This document shows positions 49,647-60,344 of a stretch of 64,000 bases of DNA, in pieces; positions within the stretch are counted from its first letter, which is position 1, and the number at the start of each line of letters is the position of its first letter. The position numbers and the translations under genes are program-made. A model generated the notes under the pieces. It worked only from the letters and a program-made list of their open reading frames with translations, did not search any database and was not told where the DNA came from. Source of the DNA: Spirochaetia bacterium (lineage in GTDB: Bacteria > Spirochaetota > Spirochaetia > SZUA-6 > Bin103); the NCBI GenBank assembly GCA_965262935.1, contig OZ253572.1, positions 6,937,980 through 7,001,979 of the forward strand. The letters run 5' to 3'.

Positions 49647-49761
49647 ATGCTGACACAGCAACGCATTCAGGAACTGATCGAACTTCCCAAGACCATAGTC
49701 CGCAGGCGGCCCAGTATTTTCCGGAGATAACGCAACTGGGGCTTCTTAATGGACATCAATA
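49647..49761 (+). pseudogene. Internally deleted upstream partner of the DUF1828 gene
   Basis: MLTQQRIQELIELPKTI start joined out of frame to QYFPEITQLGLLNGHQ*, which overlaps the next ATG. Confidence 0.5.
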
Positions 49762-50198
49762 GCATCAGGGCCTCGCTCAACGGCCGTACGGCAGCGGGCT
49801 TCGACATCTACGCGCGGCGCGAAGGCGCATACCAACTCATCATCCCAATCTGCCATGAGGACGGCGACATGGTGGACATTTACCTGCAGGAAAGTCCGCG
49901 CAGCGAAGCATACATCCGCATCTGCGACTTCGGCATGGCGCTGATGAGGCTTTCTTACTCCTACGATCTGAACACGGACACCCGGCTACGTATCTTCGAC
50001 GACATCCTGATCAACAACCAGGTCGCCAATGACAATGGCAACCTTTGCCTCGACGTACCGGTCGGAACGCTCTACGAAGGAATCATGCAGTTCGCCGGCT
50101 GTGTCCAAAAGGTGTGCAACATGCGCTACTGGGCGAGGGAAACCGACGCTGACGCATAACACGCGCGACTTCTACCTCTTCGGCGTGCTCGGCAACGT
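49749..50198 (+). pseudogene. DUF1828(/DUF1829) protein, truncated
   Basis: P..HEDGD.V.IY, I.DFGMALMRLS; stops at 50159; an out-of-frame DFYLFGV piece follows. Confidence 0.65.
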
Positions 50199-51239
50199 CT
50201 ACGACCCGTAGCGGGCGGCCATCTGCTGCAGGGTGACCGCCGGTACCCCGCCGGCGTTGCCGGCTTGGCCGAAGGCGGTCATGCGCGCCTCGCACACCTC
50301 CTGCATGGCCGCGCGCGCGGCCTTCAGGTAGTCGCGCGGGTCGAAGCCGGAAGGCGACTCGGCCAGCACCTTGCGCACCGCGCCGGTCATCGCCAGCCGG
50401 TTGTCGGTGTCGACGTTGATCTTGCGCACGCCGTGGCGGATGCCGCGCTGGATCTCCTCCACCGGCACGCCCCAGGTCTGGCGGATCTCGCCGCCGTAGG
50501 CGTTGAACAAATCCTGAAGCTCCTGCGGCACCGACGACGAGCCGTGCATGACCAGGTGGGTGCCCGGCAGGCGGCGGTGGATCTCCTCGATGCGCGCCAT
50601 CGCCAGCACCTCGCCGTCCGGCTGGTGGGAGAACTTGTAGGCGCCGTGGCTGGTGCCGATCGCCACCGCCAGCGCGTCCACGCCGGTATCGGCCACGAAC
50701 CGCTCCGCCTCGTCGGGGTCGGTCAGGAGCAGGTCGTGCGACAGCACGCCCTCGGCGCCGTGGCCATCCTCCTTGTCCCCCATGCCGGTCTCCAACGAAC
50801 CGAGCACACCGATCTCGCCTTCCACCGTCACCCCGCGCGCGTGCGCCACGGCGACCACCTCGCGCGTCACGCGCACGTTGTAGTCGTAATCGGCGGGCGT
50901 GGCGGCGTCCTCACCCAGGGAGCCGTCCATCATCACCGAGGTGAAGCCCAGTTCGATGGCGCTGCGGCAGGTGGCCGGGCTGTTGCCGTGATCCTGATGC
51001 ATGGCGATCGGGATGTGCGGGCAGACTTCGGCGGCCGCCAGTATCAGGTGGCGCAGGTAGGCCTCCTGCGCGTAGCTGCGCGCGCCGCGCGAGGCCTGGA
51101 TGATGACCGGCGACTCGGTGTTGGCGGCGGCGGCCATGATGGCCTGGATCTGTTCCATGTTGTTGACGTTGAACGCCGCCAGTCCGTAATCGTTCTCGGC
51201 GGCGTGATCAAGAAGAATGCGCATCGGCACAAGTGGCAT
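50199..51239 (-). CDS. fba: Fructose-bisphosphate aldolase, class II
   Basis: [32 protein letters not shown]. Confidence 0.97.
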   Translation of the reverse strand: MPLVPMRILLDHAAENDYGLAAFNVNNMEQIQAIMAAAANTESPVIIQASRGARSYAQEAYLRHLILAAAEVCPHIPIAMHQDHGNSPATCRSAIELGFTSVMMDGSLGEDAATPADYDYNVRVTREVVAVAHARGVTVEGEIGVLGSLETGMGDKEDGHGAEGVLSHDLLLTDPDEAERFVADTGVDALAVAIGTSHGAYKFSHQPDGEVLAMARIEEIHRRLPGTHLVMHGSSSVPQELQDLFNAYGGEIRQTWGVPVEEIQRGIRHGVRKINVDTDNRLAMTGAVRKVLAESPSGFDPRDYLKAARAAMQEVCEARMTAFGQAGNAGGVPAVTLQQMAARYGS

Positions 51240-51313
51240 AACGGCGTGAATGTAGCGCGGCGGGCCGGGGTTTGACCACCGGGCGCCTGTTGCCGTACCG
51301 TCCCGGAGTCGCC

Positions 51314-52621
51314 ATGCAAGACTACTTTGCCGGCATCGAGCCGATCCGCTACGAGGGCCCCGACTCGCGCAATCCGCTGTGCTACCGCTACTACGATCCC
51401 GACCGGATCGTCGCCGGCAAGCGCATGGCGGATCACTTCCGCTTCGCGGTCGCCTACTGGCACACCTTCCGCGGCACCGGCGCCGACCCGTTCGGCCAGC
51501 CGACCCTGGTGCGCCCCTGGGACGACCCGGTGGACTCGGTCGACAACGCGCTGCGCCGCATGCGCGTCGCGTTCGCCTTCATCGGCACGCTCGGCGTCGA
51601 CTACTACTGCTTCCACGACCGCGACATCGCCCCCGAGGGGGCGTCGCTGGCGGAGTCGAACCGCAACCTGGACCAGGTGGTCGATCTGGCCGAGCAACTG
51701 CAGGCCGACACCGGCATCCGGCTGCTGTGGGGCACCGCCAACCTGTTCGCCAACCCGCGCTACATGAACGGCGCCGCCACCAACCCGGACGCGCACGTGT
51801 TCGCCTACGCGGCGGCGCAGGTCAAGAAGGCGATGGAGGTAACCCACCGCCTCGGCGGCGCCAACTACGTGTTCTGGGGCGGGCGCGAGGGCTACGCCAC
51901 GCTGCTCAACACCGACATGAAGCGGGAGCAGGATCACCTCGCGCGCTTCCTGCACATGGCAGCCGACTACGCGCGCGAGATCGGCTTCGGCGGCACCCTG
52001 CTGATCGAACCGAAACCGAAGGAGCCCACCACCCACCAGTACGACTTCGACGCCGCCGCCGTGCTCGCCTTCCTGCGCGGCTACGGGCTCGACCGCTTCA
52101 AGCTCAACGTCGAGTGCAACCACGCCACCCTGGCCGGCCACACCTTCGCCCACGAACTGCAGACGGCCGCCGACGCCGGCCTGCTGGGCTCGGTCGACGC
52201 CAACACCGGCGATCCGCTGATCGGCTGGGACACCGACCAGTTCAACCTCGACCTGGCGGTGACCAGCGCGGTGATGACGATCGTGCTGCGCCAGGGCGGC
52301 ATCGCGCCGGGCGGCTTCAACTTCGACGCCAAGCTGCGCCGCGAGTCGACCGACATCCGCGACCTGTTCGCCGCCCACGCCGGCAGCATCGACGCGTTCG
52401 CCCGCGGCCTGCTGATTGCCGACCGCATCATCGCCGACGGCACCCTCGACGACTGGCGGCGGGCGCGCTACGCCAGCTACGACGCCGGCACGGGGGCCGA
52501 CATCGAGCGCGGCAGCACCAGTTTTCGCGACCTGGAGCAGTGGGTTCTGCAGGCGGGAGAGCCGCGGCCAGCCTCCGGGCGCCAGGAACAGTTCGAGAAT
52601 CTGGTCGCCGGTTTCTGGTAG
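51314..52621 (+). CDS. xylA: Xylose isomerase
   Basis: [32 protein letters not shown]. Confidence 0.97.
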   Translation: MQDYFAGIEPIRYEGPDSRNPLCYRYYDPDRIVAGKRMADHFRFAVAYWHTFRGTGADPFGQPTLVRPWDDPVDSVDNALRRMRVAFAFIGTLGVDYYCFHDRDIAPEGASLAESNRNLDQVVDLAEQLQADTGIRLLWGTANLFANPRYMNGAATNPDAHVFAYAAAQVKKAMEVTHRLGGANYVFWGGREGYATLLNTDMKREQDHLARFLHMAADYAREIGFGGTLLIEPKPKEPTTHQYDFDAAAVLAFLRGYGLDRFKLNVECNHATLAGHTFAHELQTAADAGLLGSVDANTGDPLIGWDTDQFNLDLAVTSAVMTIVLRQGGIAPGGFNFDAKLRRESTDIRDLFAAHAGSIDAFARGLLIADRIIADGTLDDWRRARYASYDAGTGADIERGSTSFRDLEQWVLQAGEPRPASGRQEQFENLVAGFW

Positions 52622-52664
52622 AATCGCGGTTGGTTCCTCACTTGGCCCGCATGAGCCTGCCGTC

Positions 52665-53897
52665 ATGAATCCCAATCTTTCCCAGGAACAGATTCTGAAT
52701 CTGCTGCACCACCGGCGCAGCGACCGCTACGTGGTCAACACCGCCAATACGGTGGAGGTGATCCTGTTCGGCAACTGCTTCAGCGAGGTGCAGATCGACG
52801 GCCTGGACCAGGTCGACGAGCTGTCGCGCAGCGGCCGCAAGCTGATCTTCATTCCCAACCACCAGAGCGAATACGACTGGATGCTGCTGCAGACCTATCT
52901 CGCGCAGCGCTACATCCGCACCGCCATTCAGGCGGGTGAGAACCTGTACGTCGGCCCGGTCGACACCTTTCTGCGCAAGTGCGGGGCGTTCATGACGATC
53001 CGCGACCGGCGCTCCTTCTACGCCAGGCACTGGTTTGCCGACTGGATGCTGCGGATGCTGCGGACGCGGCCCTTCGTGCTCACCAAGGAGCAGTACAACA
53101 AGCTGTACCTGCCCCAGATCAAGCGTGTCCTGGCGGAGGGCCTGCACCTGATGATCTTTCCCGGTTACGAAATCGACCGCCGCACCGGCGAAGCGAAATA
53201 CGGTCGCTCCTACTCGGGCGAGTTTGCCGAGCTGTCCGCCTACGTGTTCCTGGTCCTGAACACCGCGATCCGCCAGATGGGCGCCGAGGAGGCCCTGTAC
53301 ATACCGGTCAACATCTCCTACGAGCGCATCCCGGAGGATATCGTGTTCCGCGAGTACCAGGCGCGCTCCCGCAAGAGCAAGATCGCGAAGTACGTCTACG
53401 ATCATTACTACGCGTTCATCAAGATGCCGTTCGCGCGCCGTATCCGCGACCAGCGCTCGCGGGTCATGATTCGCTTCGGCGAGGGCATCCCGTCCGGCCG
53501 CCACCGCCGCGCGCGCGAACTGGCCACGGTTATGCACGAGCAGATCGGCAAGCTGATGACGGTATACGAGAGCACCCTGCTGTTCGCCTCCTTCGATGAC
53601 CGCTACAAGATAGGCCGCGATGAACTGGAAGATCGCGTGGCCGCCAACCTGGAGCGCGTAGAGGCGCACGGGCTCGACACCACGCCGCTGTACGACGCCA
53701 ACGGCCGCCGCCTGGCGCTGGAAGAACTGCTCGCGCGCACGGTAAAGGTGTACAATTTCCCCGATGTCCCCATCATCCCGTCGAAGTCCTACATGACGCT
53801 CGAATATGACGACCGGGAGGTCTTTATCCACCATCCCCACCTGGCTTCCTACTACGGCAACAAGCTCAAGCACATCCTGCAGGCCGACGCCGCGTGA
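52665..53897 (+). CDS. PlsC/PlsB-family glycerolipid acyltransferase
   Basis: PNHQSEYD (HxxxxD), AGENL, GAF..IR, IFP..GRS, IPVNISYE. Confidence 0.8.
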   Translation: MNPNLSQEQILNLLHHRRSDRYVVNTANTVEVILFGNCFSEVQIDGLDQVDELSRSGRKLIFIPNHQSEYDWMLLQTYLAQRYIRTAIQAGENLYVGPVDTFLRKCGAFMTIRDRRSFYARHWFADWMLRMLRTRPFVLTKEQYNKLYLPQIKRVLAEGLHLMIFPGYEIDRRTGEAKYGRSYSGEFAELSAYVFLVLNTAIRQMGAEEALYIPVNISYERIPEDIVFREYQARSRKSKIAKYVYDHYYAFIKMPFARRIRDQRSRVMIRFGEGIPSGRHRRARELATVMHEQIGKLMTVYESTLLFASFDDRYKIGRDELEDRVAANLERVEAHGLDTTPLYDANGRRLALEELLARTVKVYNFPDVPIIPSKSYMTLEYDDREVFIHHPHLASYYGNKLKHILQADAA

Positions 53898-55846
53898 CGC
53901 AGATTCCCGACCGGATTCCCGACCGCCTGCGCGCCCTCAGCAGCCGTTCCGACCCGGGCGAGGAATATTCCTTCCTGCCGCCCGGCTATCGGGCCGGTCA
54001 GACCAAGTTCATCATCGTCACCGGCAGCGTGATCAGCGGCCTCGGCAAGGGGGTGTTCTCCGCCGGCCTGGCGTCGCTGCTGGAGGAGCACGGCTGGCGC
54101 ACCAACCTGATCAAGATGGACGGCTACTTCAACGAGGACGCCGGCACCCTGAGCCCGTACCGCCACGGCGAGGTATTCGTGCTCGACGACGGCACCGAGT
54201 GCGACATGGACATCGGCACCTATGAACGGTTCGTCGACAAGAGCTTCTCGCAGCACAACATCTTCACCAACGGGCGGCTGACCCGGCGCTTGAACGAGCT
54301 GGAACGCAGCGGCCAGTTCTCCGGCTCCGACGTGCAGTTCTTTCCGCACGTGACCGGCGAGGTAATCCGCTTCGTGCGCGAGTCGTCGCTGGCCAACGAG
54401 GCGGACATCACCCTGGTGGAGATCGGCGGCACGGTCGGCGACGAGGAGGTGCGGCCGTACATCTCGGCGATGAGCGAACTCGCCTACCAGGAGGGCGAGA
54501 ACAACGTCTTGTTCATCAACCTGGCGTGGATCATCGAGGCCCCGCACCTGAACGAGCAGAAGAGCAAGGCCGCCCAGCACGGCACGCAGATGCTGATGCA
54601 GATGGGCATCAAACCGCACATGCTGGTGTGCCGGTGCGAGAATCCGGTGGAGCCCGGCGTGCTGCGCAAGCTGGCTCAGCGGCTGCGCCTGCCGGAACGC
54701 AACGTGATCGATCTGCACAGTCAGAAGTCGGTGTACCAGGTGCCGGACCACCTGGCGGCGCAGGACGTCGACGAGCTGACCCTGACCTACTTCGGCATGC
54801 AGCCCAAGGCCCGGCGGACACGGTTCAACTTCACCGAGTACCTCGGCCGGCTCACCCGCGCCAGCGAACGGGTGGTGGTGGGGCTGGCCGGCAAGTACAT
54901 GGGGCCGCGCGACACCTACGCCAGCATCCACAGCGCACTGGAGCACGCCGGCTGCGCCTGCGGCGTGCGGGTAGAGGTGGTGGACATCCCCACCGACGCC
55001 ATCGAACTGGCCGCCGGCGGCAGGGAACGGGTGGCGAACGCCGCGCGCCATCTGACCACGATGGACGGCATCATCGTGCCGGGCGGGTTCGGGGCGCGCG
55101 GCTGGGAAGGCAAGATCGCCTGCATCGCCCATGCGCGCACCAACGAGCTGCCGATGCTGGGCATCTGCTACGGATTCCAGGCGGCGATGGTGGAGTACGC
55201 CCGCTCCTGCTGCGACATGGCGGACGCCAACAGCACCGAGAACGACGCCACCACCACCGACCCGGTCGTGTGCCTGCTGCCGGAGCAGTACGAGATCGAA
55301 GGGATCGGCGGCTCGATGCGGCTCGGCGGCAAACAGGTAAAGCTGCGCGCCGGGTCGCTGGTGTCGGGCCTGTACGGGGGGCTGACGGCGCACGAGCGGT
55401 TCCGCCACCGTTACGAGTTCAACCCCCTCTACAAGGGCCTGTTCGAAGATTGCGGCATGGTGTTCTCCGGGTGGAAGGCGGATCAGTCGATCTACCAGGT
55501 TGCCGAGCTGCCCGACCATCCGTTCTTTATCGGGGTGCAGTTCCACCCCGAATTCACCAGCCGGCCGGCGCGCCCCAATCCGCTGTTCCACGGCTTCGTG
55601 GCCGCCTGCATCGCGCGCCGGCGGGCGCGGCACGACGGCGCCGCGCACGTACCCCGCGCCGGCGCCGCGGCTCGGGATGGCGGCGCAACGGTCGCGGCGG
55701 GGGCCGCCAGGGCCGCGGGCGACGCTGGCGGCGCTGGCGGCCTAGCGCGCGCCGCGCAGCGCTCGCCGGTAGCCACCGGGGCCGCTGGCGCGGCCGCGTC
55801 CCGCGCCGGCGCCGCGGCCAACGGCGACCGCACCGCGCCGCCGTGA
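53894..55846 (+). CDS. pyrG: CTP synthase
   Basis: SGLGKG, HGEVFV, EIGGTVGD, PGGFG, GICYG, RHRYE, QFHPE; Ala-rich tail. Confidence 0.96.
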   Translation: MTQIPDRIPDRLRALSSRSDPGEEYSFLPPGYRAGQTKFIIVTGSVISGLGKGVFSAGLASLLEEHGWRTNLIKMDGYFNEDAGTLSPYRHGEVFVLDDGTECDMDIGTYERFVDKSFSQHNIFTNGRLTRRLNELERSGQFSGSDVQFFPHVTGEVIRFVRESSLANEADITLVEIGGTVGDEEVRPYISAMSELAYQEGENNVLFINLAWIIEAPHLNEQKSKAAQHGTQMLMQMGIKPHMLVCRCENPVEPGVLRKLAQRLRLPERNVIDLHSQKSVYQVPDHLAAQDVDELTLTYFGMQPKARRTRFNFTEYLGRLTRASERVVVGLAGKYMGPRDTYASIHSALEHAGCACGVRVEVVDIPTDAIELAAGGRERVANAARHLTTMDGIIVPGGFGARGWEGKIACIAHARTNELPMLGICYGFQAAMVEYARSCCDMADANSTENDATTTDPVVCLLPEQYEIEGIGGSMRLGGKQVKLRAGSLVSGLYGGLTAHERFRHRYEFNPLYKGLFEDCGMVFSGWKADQSIYQVAELPDHPFFIGVQFHPEFTSRPARPNPLFHGFVAACIARRRARHDGAAHVPRAGAAARDGGATVAAGAARAAGDAGGAGGLARAAQRSPVATGAAGAAASRAGAAANGDRTAPP

Positions 55847-55965
55847 GCGCACGTGCGGCGGCTGCGCCCGCCACGCACGATCGTGACCGCGACCGCGCAG
55901 CGGGAAACGCCGGGCGCCGGCCGCCGGCGTAAGGCGCACGGACGGGGCGCGATGCGGAGCATGCA

Positions 55966-57246
55966 ATGCCGGTGACGGCGGTGGTCGGCGCCAACTGGGG
56001 CGACGAAGGCAAGGGCAAGCTGTGCGATTACCTGGCGGAGACCGCCGACCTGGTGATCCGCTTCCAGGGCGGCAAGAACGCCGGCCACACCGTGATCAAC
56101 CAGTACGGCAAGTTCGCCCTGCACCTGGTACCGTGCGGGGTGTGCCACGCCCACACCACCAACCTGCTGGGACCGGGCGTGGCGGTCGACGTGGCCGCGC
56201 TGCTGGCGGAGCTGGCCGAGCTGCGTGCCCGCGGCGCACCCAATCCGCGCGTGCTGATCGCCGACCGCGCCCAGGTGGTGCTGCCGTGGCACGTCGAGCT
56301 GGACCGCCTGGAGGAGGCGCGCCGCGGGGCGGCGAAGTTCGGCTCCACCGTGTCGGGCATCGCGCCGTTCTACGCCGACAAGTACCTGAAGGTGGGCATC
56401 CAGGTGGGCGAGCTGTTCGACGCCGATCACCTGCGCGGCCGGCTGCAGCACACCCTGCCGCGCATCAACGTGCTGCTCGAGCATCTCTACCGCGCCGACC
56501 CGCTGCGCCTGGACCGCGTCGTCGAGGAGTTGCTGGCCCTGGGCGCCGAGGTGCGCGAGATGACGGTAGACTCCACCGCGCTGCTGCAGGCGGCGCTGCG
56601 CGACGGCAAGCACCTGCTGCTGGAGGGCCAGCTCGGCGCACTGCGCGATCCCGACCACGGCATCTACCCGTATACCACCTCCTCGTCGCCGCTGGCCGGC
56701 TTCGCCACCGTCGGCGCCGGCGTGCCCGCGCATGCCATCGACCGGGTGGTGGCCACCGTCAAGGCGTACTCCTCCTGCGTCGGCGCCGGGCCGTTCACCA
56801 CCGAACTCACCGGGCCGTGCGGCGACGAGTTGCGCGCGCGCGGCGGCGACGCCGGCGAGTACGGCGCCACCACCGGGCGCCCGCGCCGGGTCGGCTGGTT
56901 CGACGCCGTCGCCACGCGCTACGGCTGCGCCGTGCAGGGCGCCACCGAGCTGGCCGTAACCCTGCTGGACGTGCTCGGCTACCGGGATGCCATTCCGATC
57001 TGCACCGCCTACGAGGTGGACGGCCGGCGCGTGCACGACTTCCCGGCCACGGCCGTGCTGGAGCGCGCGCGCCCGCTGTACGAGACCCTGCCCGGCTGGC
57101 GGTGCGACATCAGCGGCGTGCGCAGCTTCGCCGAGCTGCCCGCGGAGGCGCAGTCCTACGTGCAGACCATCGAGGCCGCCGCCGGCGTACCGGTGCGCTG
57201 GATCTCCATCGGCCCGCGCCGCGAACAGCTCATCCACATCACCTGA
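55966..57246 (+). CDS. purA: Adenylosuccinate synthetase
   Basis: WGDEGKGK, NAGHT, HGIYPYTTSS, GATTGRPRRVGWFD. Confidence 0.97.
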   Translation: MPVTAVVGANWGDEGKGKLCDYLAETADLVIRFQGGKNAGHTVINQYGKFALHLVPCGVCHAHTTNLLGPGVAVDVAALLAELAELRARGAPNPRVLIADRAQVVLPWHVELDRLEEARRGAAKFGSTVSGIAPFYADKYLKVGIQVGELFDADHLRGRLQHTLPRINVLLEHLYRADPLRLDRVVEELLALGAEVREMTVDSTALLQAALRDGKHLLLEGQLGALRDPDHGIYPYTTSSSPLAGFATVGAGVPAHAIDRVVATVKAYSSCVGAGPFTTELTGPCGDELRARGGDAGEYGATTGRPRRVGWFDAVATRYGCAVQGATELAVTLLDVLGYRDAIPICTAYEVDGRRVHDFPATAVLERARPLYETLPGWRCDISGVRSFAELPAEAQSYVQTIEAAAGVPVRWISIGPRREQLIHIT

Positions 57247-58590
57247 CTACCTGTTTGCCTGCATGCCGGCGTAGGGTGCCAGCAGCCATTCGGCGGCCGC
57301 TTGTATCGCAGTCCCGGCCGGCGGCGGCAAGGGGAAGGCGTCACCGGTCAGGGTGATCAGTCGCTTGCCGGCACGCGGGAACTGACTGCCGGCCGCGGCC
57401 AGGGCGCGCAACTCACGGGCGGAAGTCGCCGTATCGGTGGCGTCCGCACACACCTGGATCAACTCCATGCCGCCGGCGGCGTCGCGCGCCAGGAAGTCGA
57501 CCTCGTAGCCTTCCGGCGTGCGCACGTAGGTGACCTCGCGCCGCCGGCGCTCCAGCTCGATCAGGACCGCGGTTTCCAGCGCATGGCCGACGTTGGCCCG
57601 CCCGCTACGGTCGAACACCGGGATCAGGCCGGTATCGACCGGATACACCTTGCGCGGGTTTACCATGCGCTGGCGCTCGGAAACCGACTCCATCCACACC
57701 ACCCGCACCAGGTAGCAGTCCTCCAGGTAGGCGAGGTATTCGTGCAGCGTGTCGCGGGCCACCGGCAGGCCCTGGGAACGCAGCACGGCGTAAAACTTCT
57801 CCACGCTGAAGGTGGACCCGGCATTGCCCAGGAGGTGGCGCACCAGCCAGCGCAGCGCGGTCACGTTGCGCACCTGGTGGCGCTCCACCACGTCGCGCAG
57901 CACCGCCACGTCCACATAGTCGCGGTAGAGCTGATGCCGGGACTCGGCGTCGAGCCCCTGCGCTTCCGGAAAGCCGCCGGTGGCAAGCCAGTCCAGCAGC
58001 GCCCGCTCCAGGGAGGAGCGTTCGCGGCGCGTCCCGCGCTCCGGATCGGCGGGGATCGACTGCCCTCGGTGGCGCAGCGCTTCGGCGAACGCGAACGGAT
58101 GGATCAACACCTGCCACGCCCGTCCGCGCAGCGCGGTGGCGATCTCTCGCGACAGCAGCGCCGCGGACGATCCGCTGATCAGCACCTCGCTGCCGCCGGC
58201 GTCGAGCAGCCGGCGCACGAACCGCTCCCAGCCCGGCACCAGCTGGATCTCGTCGAAGCACCACGTCACCGTTTCGTCGTGAGCCTGCCGGACGCGCCGG
58301 TAGTATTCGTCCACCAGCACGCCAAGCTCCTCAGCTTCCAGACCGGCCAGGCGCTCGTCTTCGAAGGACAGAAACGGCAGCCGGTCCAGGGCGATGCCCC
58401 GCTCGATACGCTCGCGGCGAAGCTGATGCAGAAAGGTGGTCTTGCCGGCGCGCCGCATCCCGGTCACCGCCGTGGCCTTGCCCGGCAATCCGGTGCGTCC
58501 GAACACCCGGCGCGGCGTAAACGACGGCAGCGGCCGCCCGAGCGACTCCACAAGCTGTCCCACCAAAGCCTGCCGCAACGAAACGGCCAT
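57247..58590 (-). CDS. AAA_14 + DUF4143 ATPase, intact
   Basis: GMRRAGKT, FDEIQ, SGSSA, LRGR, GGFPE, KVY..DTG, EVDF. Confidence 0.92.
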   Translation of the reverse strand: MAVSLRQALVGQLVESLGRPLPSFTPRRVFGRTGLPGKATAVTGMRRAGKTTFLHQLRRERIERGIALDRLPFLSFEDERLAGLEAEELGVLVDEYYRRVRQAHDETVTWCFDEIQLVPGWERFVRRLLDAGGSEVLISGSSAALLSREIATALRGRAWQVLIHPFAFAEALRHRGQSIPADPERGTRRERSSLERALLDWLATGGFPEAQGLDAESRHQLYRDYVDVAVLRDVVERHQVRNVTALRWLVRHLLGNAGSTFSVEKFYAVLRSQGLPVARDTLHEYLAYLEDCYLVRVVWMESVSERQRMVNPRKVYPVDTGLIPVFDRSGRANVGHALETAVLIELERRRREVTYVRTPEGYEVDFLARDAAGGMELIQVCADATDTATSARELRALAAAGSQFPRAGKRLITLTGDAFPLPPPAGTAIQAAAEWLLAPYAGMQANR

Positions 58591-58593
58591 CTC

Positions 58594-58649
58594 ATTTCTC
58601 CTTATTAAAAGGAGAAATTACCATGGATTTCGCCTCTTGAAAAGGCGAA
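58594..58649. promoter_or_regulatory. Two related inverted repeats 33 bp apart; the first contains the SD
   Basis: ATTTCTCCTT-N5-AAGGAGAAAT (58594-58618) and TTCGCCT-N7-AGGCGAA (58629-58649). Confidence 0.7.
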
Positions 58650-58657
58650 TGTGCTCC

Positions 58658-60262
58658 TCAGTAGTCGTCGAACACTGCCGGATCGACGGCCGGAAGCGTG
58701 GCCGCCTTCCAGATGTCCACGGGTGCGTCGTTGCTCTGCTCCGGTCCCGGCGTGCTGCGGCCGGCAGCGACCAGTCGCTTCAGGCGCGCCACCATCTCCT
58801 TCACCACCGCGGGGTGTTCGGCATGCAGGTTGTGACGCTCGGCCGGGTCGCGCTGCATGTCGTAGAGCTGGACCAGCGGCAGCCCATCGCGCGCCGCGGC
58901 GGCGTCGTCCAGGGTCCAGCCCCCCGAGCCGGGGCACAGCACCAGCTTCCAGCGCTGGTCGCGGATGGCGAACTTGCCGGAGATCGAGTGGTGCACGACA
59001 TGGTCGCGGATCGGCTCGCCGCTGCCCTGCAACAAGGGCAGCATGCTGAAACTGTCCTCCCCGGCGGTGGCGGGCAGCGAGGCGTTCAGGAAGTCGGCGC
59101 AGGTGGCCAGCAGATCGGTCAGGCACACGAGCTGGTCGCTGCCGCTGCCGGGCTCGATCACCCCCGGCCAGCGCGCGATGAACGGGACGCGATGGCCGCC
59201 GTCCCAGGCGTCGGACTTGTAACCGCGAAAGCCGGCGCTCGGATGGTGCCCCTGCGCCTCCATCTGGTCGGCGCCGATGTACGGCGCACAGCCGTTGTCG
59301 CTGGTGAAGACGACCAGGGTGTTGTCGGCGACGCCGTGGCGCTGCAGGGAGTCGAGCACTTGGCCGAACACGTCGTCGGTTTCCATCACCAGATCGGCGT
59401 ACAGGTTGTTCAGTCCGCTGGCTCCGATCCAGCGCTTGTTCACCGACAGCGGGGTGTGCGGCGAGGTCATCGGCAGATACAGGAAGAACGGCTGCCGTTC
59501 GGCGGAGCGGGCGGCGATGTAGCGGTCGGCGGCGCGGGCGAACGCCGGCAGGAGCTGCTCGAAGTGCCAGTAGGGCATCGCCGGGCCCGGCAGGCTGGCC
59601 AGATTGTCGCCGAGCAGCCGCGCCGGCAGGAACTCCGAGGGCGTGCCGATGGTGGCGTCGTTTTCGATGTAGCAATAGGGCGGCCAGTTGGGCACGTCGA
59701 CGCCGAAATAGTAGTCGAACCCGCGCGCGGTGGGGCCGCCCGCGATCGTGCGCGAAAAGAAATCGCGCCACAGCGCCCGTTGCCGCTCGGTTGCCTCGAG
59801 CCCGGCGCCGGCCGGCTCCTCGTTCGGGTGCGGCGGCAGGAAATCCTCGTTTGCGGCACTAGGCCAGTTGGCCGATGCCGCGGTTGGTCCGGGCCGCGTC
59901 CCTGCTGAAGCAAAGGGCCAGTCCATGCCGAGATGCCACTTGCCGATCGCGCCGCAGTGATAGCCGTGGCTGTGCAGCAGTTTGCCCACCGTGAGCCGCC
60001 GTTCGTCGATCAGCGGCGGGCCGTACGGACTGACGATGCCCTTCTGCAGGGGCGAACGCCAGTTGTAGCGGCCGGTCAGCACGCCGTACCGGGAAGGGGT
60101 GCACACCGCGGAGCTGGAGTGCGCGTCCCGGCACACCATCCCCTCGCGCGCCAGCCGGTCGAACTGCGGCGTGGCGATTCTGCCGCGCGGATTGAGGCAG
60201 GACACGTCGCCACACCCCATGTCATCGACCAGAAAATAGACGACGTTCGGCTTGCTCGCCAT
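58658..60262 (-). CDS. Arylsulfatase
   Basis: PNVVYFLVDDMG, CTPSRYGVLTGRY, GKWHLG, SDNG, GGHRVP. Confidence 0.95.
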   Translation of the reverse strand: MASKPNVVYFLVDDMGCGDVSCLNPRGRIATPQFDRLAREGMVCRDAHSSSAVCTPSRYGVLTGRYNWRSPLQKGIVSPYGPPLIDERRLTVGKLLHSHGYHCGAIGKWHLGMDWPFASAGTRPGPTAASANWPSAANEDFLPPHPNEEPAGAGLEATERQRALWRDFFSRTIAGGPTARGFDYYFGVDVPNWPPYCYIENDATIGTPSEFLPARLLGDNLASLPGPAMPYWHFEQLLPAFARAADRYIAARSAERQPFFLYLPMTSPHTPLSVNKRWIGASGLNNLYADLVMETDDVFGQVLDSLQRHGVADNTLVVFTSDNGCAPYIGADQMEAQGHHPSAGFRGYKSDAWDGGHRVPFIARWPGVIEPGSGSDQLVCLTDLLATCADFLNASLPATAGEDSFSMLPLLQGSGEPIRDHVVHHSISGKFAIRDQRWKLVLCPGSGGWTLDDAAAARDGLPLVQLYDMQRDPAERHNLHAEHPAVVKEMVARLKRLVAAGRSTPGPEQSNDAPVDIWKAATLPAVDPAVFDDY

Positions 60263-60344
60263 CAATCGCTCACCGCCGTCGAGCGATGCTTCCACAGTCG
60301 GTCCGTGAACCGGTCGTCGTCTCGAACAGATCGGGTTCGGTGCT

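Noticed and set aside
55620-55960. Extra domain at the pyrG C-terminus or a small ORF before purA
   Set aside because: Low-complexity Ala/Arg/Gly sequence typical of GC-rich drift
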